A stretch of DNA of 62,984 nucleotides, the filler included, from Stramenopiles sp. TOSAG23-3 (Eukaryota), in assembly GCA_900128585.1 (NCBI GenBank). It is 10 parts of 10 records of this genome, joined end to end, with 100 filler letters (N's around TTAATTAATTAA, not from the genome) between each part and the next. Parts side by side here need not be neighbours in the genome. Positions count along the whole stretch, not along the records: positions 1 to 10,742 come from LT642791.1; positions 10,843 to 21,565 come from LT642792.1; 8 more parts are not named here. One strand, given 5' to 3'. This document shows positions 8,191-17,954 of the stretch, piece after piece (the first letter of the stretch is position 1; each line of letters starts with the position of its first letter). Below the pieces are notes generated by a model. It was not told where the DNA came from. It made no database searches and was given only the letters and a program-made list of their open reading frames with translations. The translations under genes were made by a program, and so were the position numbers.

Positions 8191-8639
8191 AATTTTAAGT
8201 GATACGGATTTACATATAAATCGTTCCTGTAACCGGTAGACTGTTCCATTTCATCTAAAATAAATCTATCGTACAACCATTCTGCCTGCTCTATCCAATC
8301 GTCGTCATCAAGACGATCACTCAGAAACAGTTGTTGCAATTTCTTGAAGTCTTTTTGGTTTACTTTAGACTTCATCTTTTTAAGTTTGTATTGGATGTAA
8401 TCCTCTTCTTTTCTATAGGTTTTCCCATATTTAAAATTTTGGTGTTGATCCCAAATATATTTGAGTAAATACAAGTACATTTTGATATCGTCCTCATTAT
8501 CTTCGTACGGTACAAGATTTACAACAACGCGGACGCGGCACTGCCTATTGCACACCTTTGGATTGTTCGCTCTATATATTGCGTCGGAGATGACAAAATA
8601 TAATCTTTCTCGTGCGTTCTTCGCGTATTGTGCTTCCAT
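8187..8639 (-). CDS. Hypothetical protein (ends HLKF)
   Basis: 150-aa ORF; stop overlaps convergent gene; TATATATA upstream. Confidence 0.75.
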   Translation of the reverse strand: MEAQYAKNARERLYFVISDAIYRANNPKVCNRQCRVRVVVNLVPYEDNEDDIKMYLYLLKYIWDQHQNFKYGKTYRKEEDYIQYKLKKMKSKVNQKDFKKLQQLFLSDRLDDDDWIEQAEWLYDRFILDEMEQSTGYRNDLYVNPYHLKF

Positions 8640-8667
8640 TATTACTACATATTAAAATTATATATAC

Positions 8668-8841
8668 TTATTTTATCCTGAACCGACAGATCGGGCAACT
8701 CATGTCTTCTTTCAACCATGTCGTGATACAGTAGATATGAAAATAGTGGCCACATTTTAATTTGAAGCCGCATTTGATATCTTCCATGCATATACAGCAC
8801 CAAAATTTTATTTTTCCATGTTCCCTAAGCAGAGTGTACAT
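8668..8841 (-). CDS. Minimal RING-H2 protein (57 aa, not in ORF track)
   Basis: MYTLLREHGKIKFWCCICMEDIKCGFKLKCGHYFHIYCITTWLKEDMSCPICRFRIK*. Confidence 0.85.
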   Translation of the reverse strand: MYTLLREHGKIKFWCCICMEDIKCGFKLKCGHYFHIYCITTWLKEDMSCPICRFRIK

Positions 8842-8842
8842 C

Positions 8843-9307
8843 TCAAAGTAAATCGTTTGCTATATATATACAGATGGAAAATATGAGCCCGATTACGTTG
8901 AAGGCGTTGTCGAATCCGTTGTTGAGCCACTGTGGTGGTGAAAACAGTAAAATTGTGGTCAATATTAAGTGAATGGAATTCAATGTAAACACGGAGAATT
9001 TCTCTTGGATATAGTACACCAGAGCTCCCAAGAAGTAAAATTCAATTGGGAGTGTCAATTCGTAGGAGTTGGTCCATTGGTCCCATGAGCCGGTAAAGCA
9101 TGCACCCCAACCAAATACCTCATTTTCCTGACCACAATTTTTCTGGTAGATACGACCTTCACCATAAATGATGTGCCAAAGATGGCTCATGGGCGCGACC
9201 AAAAGAGCAGTGGCGTAAAGTAGAGTGTACCCGAGCCCATTACCTTCTTTCCGGGCTAAAATGAAAAGAATAAATATTAGTAAGAAAACTATAGTTGCGA
9301 TAATCAT
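8843..9307 (-). CDS. Multi-pass membrane protein
   Basis: 154 aa with about five hydrophobic segments. Confidence 0.75.
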   Translation of the reverse strand: MIIATIVFLLIFILFILARKEGNGLGYTLLYATALLVAPMSHLWHIIYGEGRIYQKNCGQENEVFGWGACFTGSWDQWTNSYELTLPIEFYFLGALVYYIQEKFSVFTLNSIHLILTTILLFSPPQWLNNGFDNAFNVIGLIFSICIYIANDLL

Positions 9308-9344
9308 TTTACAGGCTCTACAGACGTTTATATACTTTAAAAAG

Positions 9345-9626
9345 ATGATCGGTGATATTTTAATTCAAAAAAGCAAAAATACCTACTTGAAGCCCCGTCT
9401 ATGGACGGTGGTGTCTAAAAATGAAGTGGACCATGGTGGGAAACGAGTTCGCTTTCGGACCGTGGAAGGAAAAGTCTACATACAGACTGAAGTCGGCTAC
9501 AACAACTATCTTGAAGTCCCATTTAATGAAGACAAAGGCTATGAGGTTAATCTCATTTTAAACCCGAACGACCCCATCGAGGCCAGAATACTCTCGTCCA
9601 TAATTGTGGATACGCATTGTGTTTAA
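9345..9626 (+). CDS. Hypothetical protein (start at MIGDIL)
   Basis: First ATG clear of the divergent gene; shared TTTATATA box at ~9327-9334. Confidence 0.6.
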   Translation: MIGDILIQKSKNTYLKPRLWTVVSKNEVDHGGKRVRFRTVEGKVYIQTEVGYNNYLEVPFNEDKGYEVNLILNPNDPIEARILSSIIVDTHCV

Positions 9627-10187
9627 TTAATAATAATTCGTATACGGGTAGCCCCATTTTTTATCACACTCTTTTAAATCTTCCTCTAACGCCGGTAACC
9701 CCACTAAGTGGTGAGAATGTTTTGCCATAGTGTGCGCATAGAAATACAGCTTCACGTATTCTTGTGCGTGTAAATCTGTAGTAAGAAGTTCCAATCCATC
9801 TTCATCCGTCAGGTAAAGCCATTGATTGTTGATACCTACCTGAATGGTGTACATTCCATACAGTTCCTCTACAGCTGCCCATTTGCCTTCCGAGAAGACA
9901 TTTTCTGTAAAATTGTGTTCAGCAAAGTGGTCAAACCAGAAGAAATACATGTGATTTTTACAATGAATTTGCAAATAATCGATCCTGTTTCCCCCGAAGA
10001 GTTTTTTGACGGGAAAAGTATTATTACTCTTGTAGATTTTGGCCGAGGAACTGTCCGCTTCAAAACATATGCCAAACACAGGTACACCCATCATGGAATT
10101 TCGTGTTACTGTATTTTCACTCGAGGGGAGTATAGGGCCCGTACATGTGAAAGTTACAGATTGTGGACGGAAGGAGACTTGAACCAT
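9627..10187 (-). CDS. Hypothetical protein (first ATG at MVQVSF)
   Basis: Long ORF abutting the convergent gene. Confidence 0.7.
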   Translation of the reverse strand: MVQVSFRPQSVTFTCTGPILPSSENTVTRNSMMGVPVFGICFEADSSSAKIYKSNNTFPVKKLFGGNRIDYLQIHCKNHMYFFWFDHFAEHNFTENVFSEGKWAAVEELYGMYTIQVGINNQWLYLTDEDGLELLTTDLHAQEYVKLYFYAHTMAKHSHHLVGLPALEEDLKECDKKWGYPYTNYY

Positions 10188-10742
10188 GTCTTTACCAGTG
10201 TTATTCAATATTGTCCACAAATAATTCAAAAATTATGTAATACTGACCAAGCCATATTATGCTTAACAGAAGGTTGACCTATCAAACTAAAACAAAATAA
10301 ATTTTATGCAGGTAAATACATCTGACTTGTAGTGCAATTTTGTATACTCTATTTTACCTGATGTGTCCCCCTAGCTATAGGGTAGAGCACCTACTACGAC
10401 CCCCCCCTAGTCATTTTATAATTATTAATTTTACTTTTTTTTTTATTTATATATGAAATACAAGCATGGAAGGTATAGGGGGTTTTAAAGGGGGCATAGC
10501 AAGGGATGACGTTGCAAAACGCTATTTTGGAAAAACACGAGTGTGATTCTGGGAGAGGGGGGGTATCGTTTTTCCCACTCTGCCCTGTAGTCCTCATATA
10601 CACAGCAGCTAAAACGTTTGTATTCGGTTTTTTGATTAAGTACGTATTTGGAGTTTGATAGGTAATGGTGTGTGGTGTAACGTCTCCATGCTGTGTGGTG
10701 CAATGCTGTGTAGGTCACGTTTTAGTCTATAGTACGCTCCCG

Positions 10743-10842
10743 NNNNNNNNNNNNNNNNNNNNNNNNNNNNNNNNNNNNNNNNNNNNTTAATTAATTAANN
10801 NNNNNNNNNNNNNNNNNNNNNNNNNNNNNNNNNNNNNNNNNN
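10743..10842. other. Artificial contig spacer (also 21566-21665, 32378-32477, 43186-43285, 53992-54091, 55793-55892, 57593-57692, 59391-59490, 61189-61288)
   Basis: N44-TTAATTAATTAA-N44 with stops in all six frames; contigs in descending length order. Confidence 0.99.
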
Positions 10843-10939
10843 AGCCAAGACCAAGCGACAAGGGTATATCGATTAGTAAAACCACAAGAGCAAAGATAAG
10901 TTCGCAGTTCATGAAGGAATGGACACCTAGAATGTCTAA

Positions 10940-11008
10940 ATCTAGATTTCAGTTCGCAGTACATTAATTTTAATTACTTTAAAGAAAATAACAGCCAATT
11001 TTCTTGTT
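10940..11008 (-). mobile_element. End of dispersed host repeat (AACAAGAAAATTGGCTGTTATTT family)
   Basis: Core at 10986-11008; subterminal ACTGCGAACTGAA shared with ~38454-38466. Confidence 0.6.
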
Positions 11009-11028
11009 TAATGCATTACCGACAATCG

Positions 11029-14000
11029 TCAGGCTTTCGGACGCACGTACGTCGTGCCGAACTCTGAGTGGTGGAAATACTCAATCCCCTTTTTCTCGTC
11101 AAAGTGACGACTCCAGCCCTCCGGCAAACCGACGCCAGAAAAGTCATACTTTTTGTCGAGGTCCGGATGCAAGGACGCTACCCCCAGGGGCGCGTCGGAC
11201 GCGGCCTTGAACAGGACTGCCTCTTGCAACACGGACGCAATCAGGTCTATAAATTTGTCCAGGTCCATTGGGTCCCTGGTGGTGGACGAGAACGTGCTTT
11301 TCATTACTGCGCTCAACATGTAAGTATCGTTGAGGCAGGGCAGGACGGCCCGAATGCTGGGGGGAATTACCGCAGGGGCAGTCCAGATGTGCTCGAATAC
11401 GTTTTTCATACGCTCGGTGATTTCGCTCAAATCGCCCAACGAAATTTCAATCTCGAGCTGCTGCAACTGTCTATCAAAACCGAGGAGCTCCACGTGGCGG
11501 TTGCTTCTTACTTCCGTCAAGACTTTCTTCTTTTCCATGCACACTTCAATCGCTTCGTCGAGCTCCGTGCGGCACCGATTTACGTCGTCTTCGGCACCAC
11601 TTAACTTGTCCTCCAGGCCCTTGATTTCTTCGTCGATTTGCTCCAGAAAGTAAATCCGGTCGGACAATTTTCGAATAATATTGGTGAACTCCCGAACCTC
11701 CTCGTTCTCTTCCCCATCGAGAATTTCCAATTTTTCTTCGAACCATTCCTGCACGACTCTCATCGTGCTATTCACGTCCTCGGTTACCATAACGGAGTTG
11801 ATCTGCCCCCGCTTTAACTCTATCGCGTTTTCTCGTTTGAATATTGTCTTGAGGTTGAAGTCGTAGTCAGAAAGCTGGCGAATAGCGCTGGCCGTTTCGT
11901 TCCCCCTTTCCTCCAAGTCGTCTACGTGGACAATCTGCCGCCGCCGGGGAGGCGGAGACTGAACGACCTGGTCGGCCAAATTTTTGACCTTGACAATTGC
12001 CAACCTCTCGTCGTCATAAACTTGTTTCCTTCGATTTCGCCGCTCCGTTCGCTGCTCAACTTGGTCCTTGTTGTCCACAAGCTCCTCTCTCATCGCATTT
12101 ACCCCCCCCTTTCTTCGAGTGTAACCCGCACGCGCGGCAGCGCTCTCGATCCCCCGCTTGATCCTGTTCATCTGCGAACGGGCATCGTAGAAAAACTCAC
12201 GCTTATCCCGTTCCACCAACCCAACGATATCGTACTCGGTCTTATGAAAATTGACAATTGAATCGTGCATTTTCTTTGCGTTTGCACGTTTGATCTGTAT
12301 GAAAGACCCTTCAGCGCGCAGGTCGTCGGCTACCGCCCCCATTTTTTCTAGTACGTCCACAGTCCGGTTTTCGTCTTGGAGGGCCCCTGAGGCTATCATA
12401 TCCAGTACGTCGTCATAAAAAGCCGATTCCAACAGTCTCGGTTCTTGGATGTATAAGTTTCGGTAGGCTAAGCTGATCTGATACGCCGCCATTTCAGAGG
12501 AGTGAACGTTCGTGCTGAACGTGCGATTGACCCACCTCACCAATTTATTCGTGCGGTGAACGATCAAGGCTCGCCACGACCTCTCCTCCAAGGTGGGGAT
12601 TTTCTTCTTCCACCATTCTGGGAGTCGATTCGCACCAGGAATGTCAAATTCTCCATCTGAAATGCTTCGCTCCGTGACCAGCGATGACTTTATCGCTCGA
12701 ATTTTGGTTGTAGTCGGGGCTGTTCTTTTCCATGCGCGCATCGGGCCGCCCGCGAGGGAGGAAGTCTCGTCGGACTTCTCAATGCGGACAATCCCATAAT
12801 TGCGAAAAAATGTGCGGTACATAGGAATTCTCGAATATTCACCCAGAAGGCCGAACGGTGTCTCTCGCTCAGGAAGCCCACCGTGGGCAATGCCAGACAA
12901 AGGCCCAACAGCCAGGTGCCGTACTGTCACCCCGGTTCTCACGTGCCTCAGCAGCGCCTCCCCAGCCGCGGCAATAAATGCCGTCCCAGTGATCAGCTGA
13001 ACGGTTCTTCCCTTGGATGCACTTGTCCAGTCGTTTAGTTTCTTCAACAGTTCAACAAACTCTGTTTCGCGGCAGGACCACTCGTCGTGCTTCCAGCTCC
13101 GCCCCTTGAGTGTGGCAACCTGGTCAACTTCAGCCGGTGTGCGCCCAGTGAACGGCATGTCCATGAAGACGAGCAGGGTGTCTATGTCTTCGTTCCATTG
13201 AAAGGCGTCCGTGATAAAATCCCACTGCTTTGGCGAGATCAAGTCTCGGTCAGGGCAGAAACGCCCGTCCAGTGAAATTCGGTTGCTCCATGTGTCAATG
13301 AACAGGGCACATACTTTACCAAAGCGATGGATTCTGCCTTCGTGCCCTTGAAAGGTCCCGCGAAGGTCCAACGGCCCCGGCTGCGGGGCGTTCCGGTTTA
13401 CTGTACTGCCCTTGTGAGACGACTTGTCCCAGAGCTGGCTTTGATACTCCCAGCAGACCTGTTTCGATATTCGCATCAAAACGGGTCCGTATGGGGACTG
13501 AAGCAATTCCCCACAGAGGTCCGCACCGCCATGAATCATGTACTGGGGACAGTGGGCGATGACTTCACGAACGTATGGACGGTTCCAATGCAACCGGTAT
13601 CTCTGCCTAAATTTTTCGGCAATGGTGTCCTCTAATTCGAGGATTCTTTGCTCAATTTCATGAATCGGTAGCGCTTTGCTTTTTCTGGCAAGGGAATTAA
13701 GACTATCATCCCACAAAGGACCGCGGGCTAAAGCGACGCAGTCAGTATTGGTGTTTCCATCGACTCGGGCCAACCCTTTGTTGTCTCTGGTGGCAAGTTT
13801 ATACTGGTTCAACTCCACATAAAGGTCTTCGTGCTTCTCAAGCAATGAGCGGAGCTCCTGGACAATATCGCCCCGCAAGTGGACCTGCCCCCCGAGACGA
13901 AACATTGCATCTGCCCCCGACCATTGCTCACAGAATTGATCTTCCCAGAGCGACTTCCATATTTCTGGTTTGTTCTCCGGCGAAATTTTTAGAATCGGGT

Positions 14001-16986
14001 CATCGGCACTCCCGACGATAAAACGCAACATTTCAGGGTCAGTTGGCAATGTGGTAAAGCCGCCACGACGAGACATCTCGTTCTTTATCCCCTCGAAATG
14101 CACCGCATACCTACTATGAGGATTCAAGTCTTCGAATGGAAATGCAGTGGGCCGGTTTTTTTCGGCAACGCGAGTCAATATGCGTCTTTGAGACGTTACT
14201 ACATTCGTCGCGACGCACGTCAAGGGACCTTTTGCATTGATCTCTGCCAAGACTATTGCGGTTGTGCTCGTAACTGTCCCAATAACGGGGCCAACAATCA
14301 CCGAAGGGTCTGGGCCGTGCGTGGTCTCGATAGTAACTTCCACGTGGGCCTGATTAACCGAATCGCCGATTAGTTTTTCTGGCTCATTTTCGTCCCTTAT
14401 TTTTGTGTGTGCCTTCACCGTCTTGCCACAAAAGATTCGCATAATAATGTAATTTCGTCGGTCCCAAATTTGATCACCGAGCCAATCGACTTGATGAATT
14501 TTTAACGTGGAATTGATGGCTTCTCTGGCCAATATTCGAGTTGGGGCGGGTAGGCCATGACGAGGACACCTAAGGTCCCCTTCCGGGGGAAGTGAGAGAC
14601 ACCGACCAGTCATTGGTCCCACCGTGACCTGGTGCAACACTCGGTTCCTCTCTTTATCTTCGAACAAAGCTTCGCCAGTCGCAGATATCTCATTGGCGCC
14701 TGCTAAGAATTGAAGGTTTCGACCAGGTTTTTCGGACGCCCATTGAAACAGGATACCCATTAACTTTGCATACTCACCTTCATAGGTCGACCAAACATCG
14801 ACCCCAGTATCTATGTATTCGGCTCTCTCTTCCACAGAGTGCAATCCCGCAATTCGCCCTGTATACGGAGTACACGCACAGAGAATCACGCACTGCAAGT
14901 CCTCTGCGAGCAAACTGTTGACTATAAACTGAAATTGCTTGTCGTTAAAAAGTTTTGCGCTTGCAATAAACGAACCATTTTCTATGGCACGGGAAGACCA
15001 CACATCTAAAAACAACATGCCAATGTGCCCGTACCGGTGAAAGTGTCCTTCATGGGTTGGTATGCTACGGGTTACTGCCTCTATTTCTGATCTTTTAAGA
15101 CTCCAGTCCCCCATTTGATCCGCCAATAAGATCTTAAGCGGAGCTGCACAATCAGGGTCCCACAACTGCCTTTGATATTCCCAATAGACAACTCTGGCAC
15201 AGCGAGACAAAAACTTTCCAAAGTTCCCGTCCAGGATTTCCTGCTCCACGGCCAGCTCTGCGGCACCCCATTGCATGACATTTGAACAATGCGCCAGCGC
15301 TTCCCGTTTGTGAGGCAAATTCCAAGAGACCCTATAAGCGTCACGAAAGTATTCAATCACTTGCTCCTCTAGGGCATTCCTTTCTTTAATGTTGGGGTTT
15401 CGGTACCATTCCGGTTTAATCCCATCGTTCACAGACAACGGTGGCCTTTCTCCCTCTTCTAATTCTGGCCGATACATTGGCGGGGATTCCGAAGACTCGA
15501 ACCTTCGCATAAGACTATGCCCTTTCTCGACGGCCCCCTTTATCGACACTTGGTTCCCTACGTGAACAATTGCATCTACTCTTCCCGGACGAACTGCTGT
15601 ATCCCATATCCGCTTCCACAGACAAGGCTCGGACGGCGGAGAGAGACTGTTCCCCCCGTTGGACGATCCCTGGTCATCTTTTCCGGACACGGCCACCCCT
15701 GCATCGCCACTTACCACAATCACTGAAAGGCCTTCATTCAAATCCCCTATTGCACTCCCACCATTTGATACCGCCTCTGCAAATGCCCCAAGATGGTATC
15801 TGTTCGAATAACCTGATTTCTGTAATAAATGGCCCACACCAGAGCCTTCCCCAGCGGCCAAAGTTCGAAACGAACCCGTCCGGGCGCTCGAGTCATCGGG
15901 GCTGACACCGCTCAGAATAACCCTGTACGTTGTGCTTGGCTCCAGTCCATTTATGCGGACGCTTTTTGGTCTCCTTGCAAGCATGTCTACAGTCTCTGTT
16001 CGCACCAATCTCTCCCGTTGTTGTCCTGCCCGAGATGGCCCAAAACCCAAGGAGTCTGGTGGCAAAGGAACCATCGGAACCTCGTCCCCATCATACCCCC
16101 CGGCGATACACACTTGGAACCCCACGGACGCATTTGCGCTTGTTTCTAGTAATACTATTGCGCTGTCCTCTGTTACCGTGCCAATGACCGGCCCAACCAA
16201 AATACGGACAGCCGGTTTAAATTTAAACGCTTCGATGGAACTGTAAGGCACTTTTCCATTATCATCATCATCATCAGTTGTTGTTCTATTGTTGTCAAAC
16301 TGGTCAGTGACTTCCATCGTTTTTGCCTCGATCTTTGCCAAGATGGATTCAATTATAGGCACGCAATTCAACATTTCCAACAATTCTAATGGTGCAGGGG
16401 CAGTTTTGGCCCATTCGGAAAATTCCTTCAAAGACACGTATTCTTTTGACCCACTAAAATCATCTTCAGTAAACAGCCAGCCTGAACAAAATTCTAACTC
16501 TTCGTCAGACGGCATGACAATTAGGCCTAGTTTTACGAACGAGCTACAGACGCACTCCATGGCCAAAGTCGCCTCGTCTTCCGTCACGTCGCCCTTTTCA
16601 GAAAAATCAAAAATGGAGAATAAAAATTGCACTTTGTCTTCAACAGGCGCTTCTGTTATTACTGCCATCCCAGCAAATACTTCCAATAAGTCTGCGACCC
16701 CGTTTTGCTTTTCAAACCGTTTGAAGAGCTGAACAATATGCTCGTCTGTCGGTTTCCCACGAAACGTTTCAGCAAAGTTTGGCAACGTCGCACCCCACAA
16801 AGTTGGCGCCTTCCTTGGATTTACAAAGTTGCAGTACCATCTGTAAAAATACTTCAGCTCGTCTAAATTGTAGTGCGTCATTGCCCTGAATTCATCCAAC
16901 GCATCAAATCCATCCTCTTTCATCCTTGCAATATGGGCTTTTTTGGCAAGCGCTACCACGTCTGGGTTGGTTGGAGCCAGAGCCAT
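11029..16986 (-). CDS. EF-hand + two PhoD-like phosphatase modules + coiled coil + WW domain protein
   Basis: FSIFDFSEKGDVTEDE EF-hand; two VGPVIGTVT FN3-like starts followed by HVGNQV / LGGQVH; LPEGWSRHFDEKKGIEYFHH WW. Confidence 0.8.
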   Translation of the reverse strand: MALAPTNPDVVALAKKAHIARMKEDGFDALDEFRAMTHYNLDELKYFYRWYCNFVNPRKAPTLWGATLPNFAETFRGKPTDEHIVQLFKRFEKQNGVADLLEVFAGMAVITEAPVEDKVQFLFSIFDFSEKGDVTEDEATLAMECVCSSFVKLGLIVMPSDEELEFCSGWLFTEDDFSGSKEYVSLKEFSEWAKTAPAPLELLEMLNCVPIIESILAKIEAKTMEVTDQFDNNRTTTDDDDDNGKVPYSSIEAFKFKPAVRILVGPVIGTVTEDSAIVLLETSANASVGFQVCIAGGYDGDEVPMVPLPPDSLGFGPSRAGQQRERLVRTETVDMLARRPKSVRINGLEPSTTYRVILSGVSPDDSSARTGSFRTLAAGEGSGVGHLLQKSGYSNRYHLGAFAEAVSNGGSAIGDLNEGLSVIVVSGDAGVAVSGKDDQGSSNGGNSLSPPSEPCLWKRIWDTAVRPGRVDAIVHVGNQVSIKGAVEKGHSLMRRFESSESPPMYRPELEEGERPPLSVNDGIKPEWYRNPNIKERNALEEQVIEYFRDAYRVSWNLPHKREALAHCSNVMQWGAAELAVEQEILDGNFGKFLSRCARVVYWEYQRQLWDPDCAAPLKILLADQMGDWSLKRSEIEAVTRSIPTHEGHFHRYGHIGMLFLDVWSSRAIENGSFIASAKLFNDKQFQFIVNSLLAEDLQCVILCACTPYTGRIAGLHSVEERAEYIDTGVDVWSTYEGEYAKLMGILFQWASEKPGRNLQFLAGANEISATGEALFEDKERNRVLHQVTVGPMTGRCLSLPPEGDLRCPRHGLPAPTRILAREAINSTLKIHQVDWLGDQIWDRRNYIIMRIFCGKTVKAHTKIRDENEPEKLIGDSVNQAHVEVTIETTHGPDPSVIVGPVIGTVTSTTAIVLAEINAKGPLTCVATNVVTSQRRILTRVAEKNRPTAFPFEDLNPHSRYAVHFEGIKNEMSRRGGFTTLPTDPEMLRFIVGSADDPILKISPENKPEIWKSLWEDQFCEQWSGADAMFRLGGQVHLRGDIVQELRSLLEKHEDLYVELNQYKLATRDNKGLARVDGNTNTDCVALARGPLWDDSLNSLARKSKALPIHEIEQRILELEDTIAEKFRQRYRLHWNRPYVREVIAHCPQYMIHGGADLCGELLQSPYGPVLMRISKQVCWEYQSQLWDKSSHKGSTVNRNAPQPGPLDLRGTFQGHEGRIHRFGKVCALFIDTWSNRISLDGRFCPDRDLISPKQWDFITDAFQWNEDIDTLLVFMDMPFTGRTPAEVDQVATLKGRSWKHDEWSCRETEFVELLKKLNDWTSASKGRTVQLITGTAFIAAAGEALLRHVRTGVTVRHLAVGPLSGIAHGGLPERETPFGLLGEYSRIPMYRTFFRNYGIVRIEKSDETSSLAGGPMRAWKRTAPTTTKIRAIKSSLVTERSISDGEFDIPGANRLPEWWKKKIPTLEERSWRALIVHRTNKLVRWVNRTFSTNVHSSEMAAYQISLAYRNLYIQEPRLLESAFYDDVLDMIASGALQDENRTVDVLEKMGAVADDLRAEGSFIQIKRANAKKMHDSIVNFHKTEYDIVGLVERDKREFFYDARSQMNRIKRGIESAAARAGYTRRKGGVNAMREELVDNKDQVEQRTERRNRRKQVYDDERLAIVKVKNLADQVVQSPPPRRRQIVHVDDLEERGNETASAIRQLSDYDFNLKTIFKRENAIELKRGQINSVMVTEDVNSTMRVVQEWFEEKLEILDGEENEEVREFTNIIRKLSDRIYFLEQIDEEIKGLEDKLSGAEDDVNRCRTELDEAIEVCMEKKKVLTEVRSNRHVELLGFDRQLQQLEIEISLGDLSEITERMKNVFEHIWTAPAVIPPSIRAVLPCLNDTYMLSAVMKSTFSSTTRDPMDLDKFIDLIASVLQEAVLFKAASDAPLGVASLHPDLDKKYDFSGVGLPEGWSRHFDEKKGIEYFHHSEFGTTYVRPKA

Positions 16987-17630
16987 GTCTACTTTGCACT
17001 ATTCCCACCGACCTAAATTTCGCATAGAATGAATCTGTGGTAAAGTGTAAAAAAATCTTTTCAATTATTCTCTTTCGTTTTTACAAATCTATAAATATCT
17101 CCAGGCATATCTTATGGATGATCTCGTTTACATAGTTACAAACCTCAACAGTGTTTGTTTTCCTTGGGGGTGGTGAGCTAGCGAATTATGTAATTATTCA
17201 AGTTTTTTAATTTGGTTCTTCGAATGCAACAACAACAACGGAATTCAACAGAAATTTTTTTTTTATAATAATAATAAATAACTATAAAAAAAATATTGTA
17301 TACCTATATAATAATAATAATATAATAATAGAGAGTTTTGTGTGTGTGTAGACTACGAGGACCAGCAAATATTTCCATTATTAATATAGGAATTTTGTGT
17401 AGAAAAAAAGTGTCATTTTATCTCATAGTCGTTGTTCCAAAAAATATATTGTTTTTTCTTTTCTCGTTTGCAAGTGCATGAAAATAAATTCAAAATTAAA
17501 TCGTCAATATTAGACTATGAGATGTGATAGGAGAGAGTATTGTACTCTACCAATTAAGTATGAAATACCAGCGGGAGAAGAAGTTTTTGTTGTATAGAAA
17601 ACTATATGATGCTCTGTTTGCTGATATTTT

Positions 17631-17760
17631 TAAAAACAAAAAATTGGCTGTTATTTAAAAAACAAATTATATAGTATGCTTGAAGACTCTCATTTCTAAA
17701 GGCTGTTATTTAAGTAAATTAAAATTTAGCTTTCTCATGTACCGCGAAAATGAATGTGTT
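17631..17760 (+). repeat. Two partial copies of the TTGGCTGTTATTT host repeat
   Basis: 17631-17656 and 17701-17740; the second nearly matches 37847-37882. Confidence 0.7.
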
Positions 17761-17954
17761 CTTTTTTTATAATAAATAAATTATTAGTTCGTAAACTTAC
17801 CTGTGCAGTTGTGTAGCTTTGAGTGGGCTTGGTTTTGGTACGACTCTGATAAATACACCGAAGCACACAGGAATATAATAATTTAGTTGGAGCTTTCCAA
17901 CAACAGACGACGCCGAGGCCTCACACAGGGCCCTGGCACAATAACGTGAAAGTT

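Larger units (their letters stand above)
1..10742. other. Putative large eukaryotic DNA virus contig (Nucleocytoviricota- or Mirusviricota-like; lineage unresolved)
   Basis: Dense short intronless ORFans, HNH endonuclease of a type common in large DNA viruses, two RING proteins, tRNA lacking encoded CCA, TATA-like boxes close to ATGs, none of the host GAA/AAAG microsatellites; no capsid or polymerase gene present. Confidence 0.7.

Noticed and set aside
10365-10400. tRNA-like 5' half (TAGCTATAGGGTAGAGCAC)
   Set aside because: No anticodon stem, T arm or 3' acceptor strand follows
10743-10842. Repeated TTAATTAATTAA palindromes within N runs, and ORFs ending in XXX-LIN
   Set aside because: Artificial contig linkers, not biology
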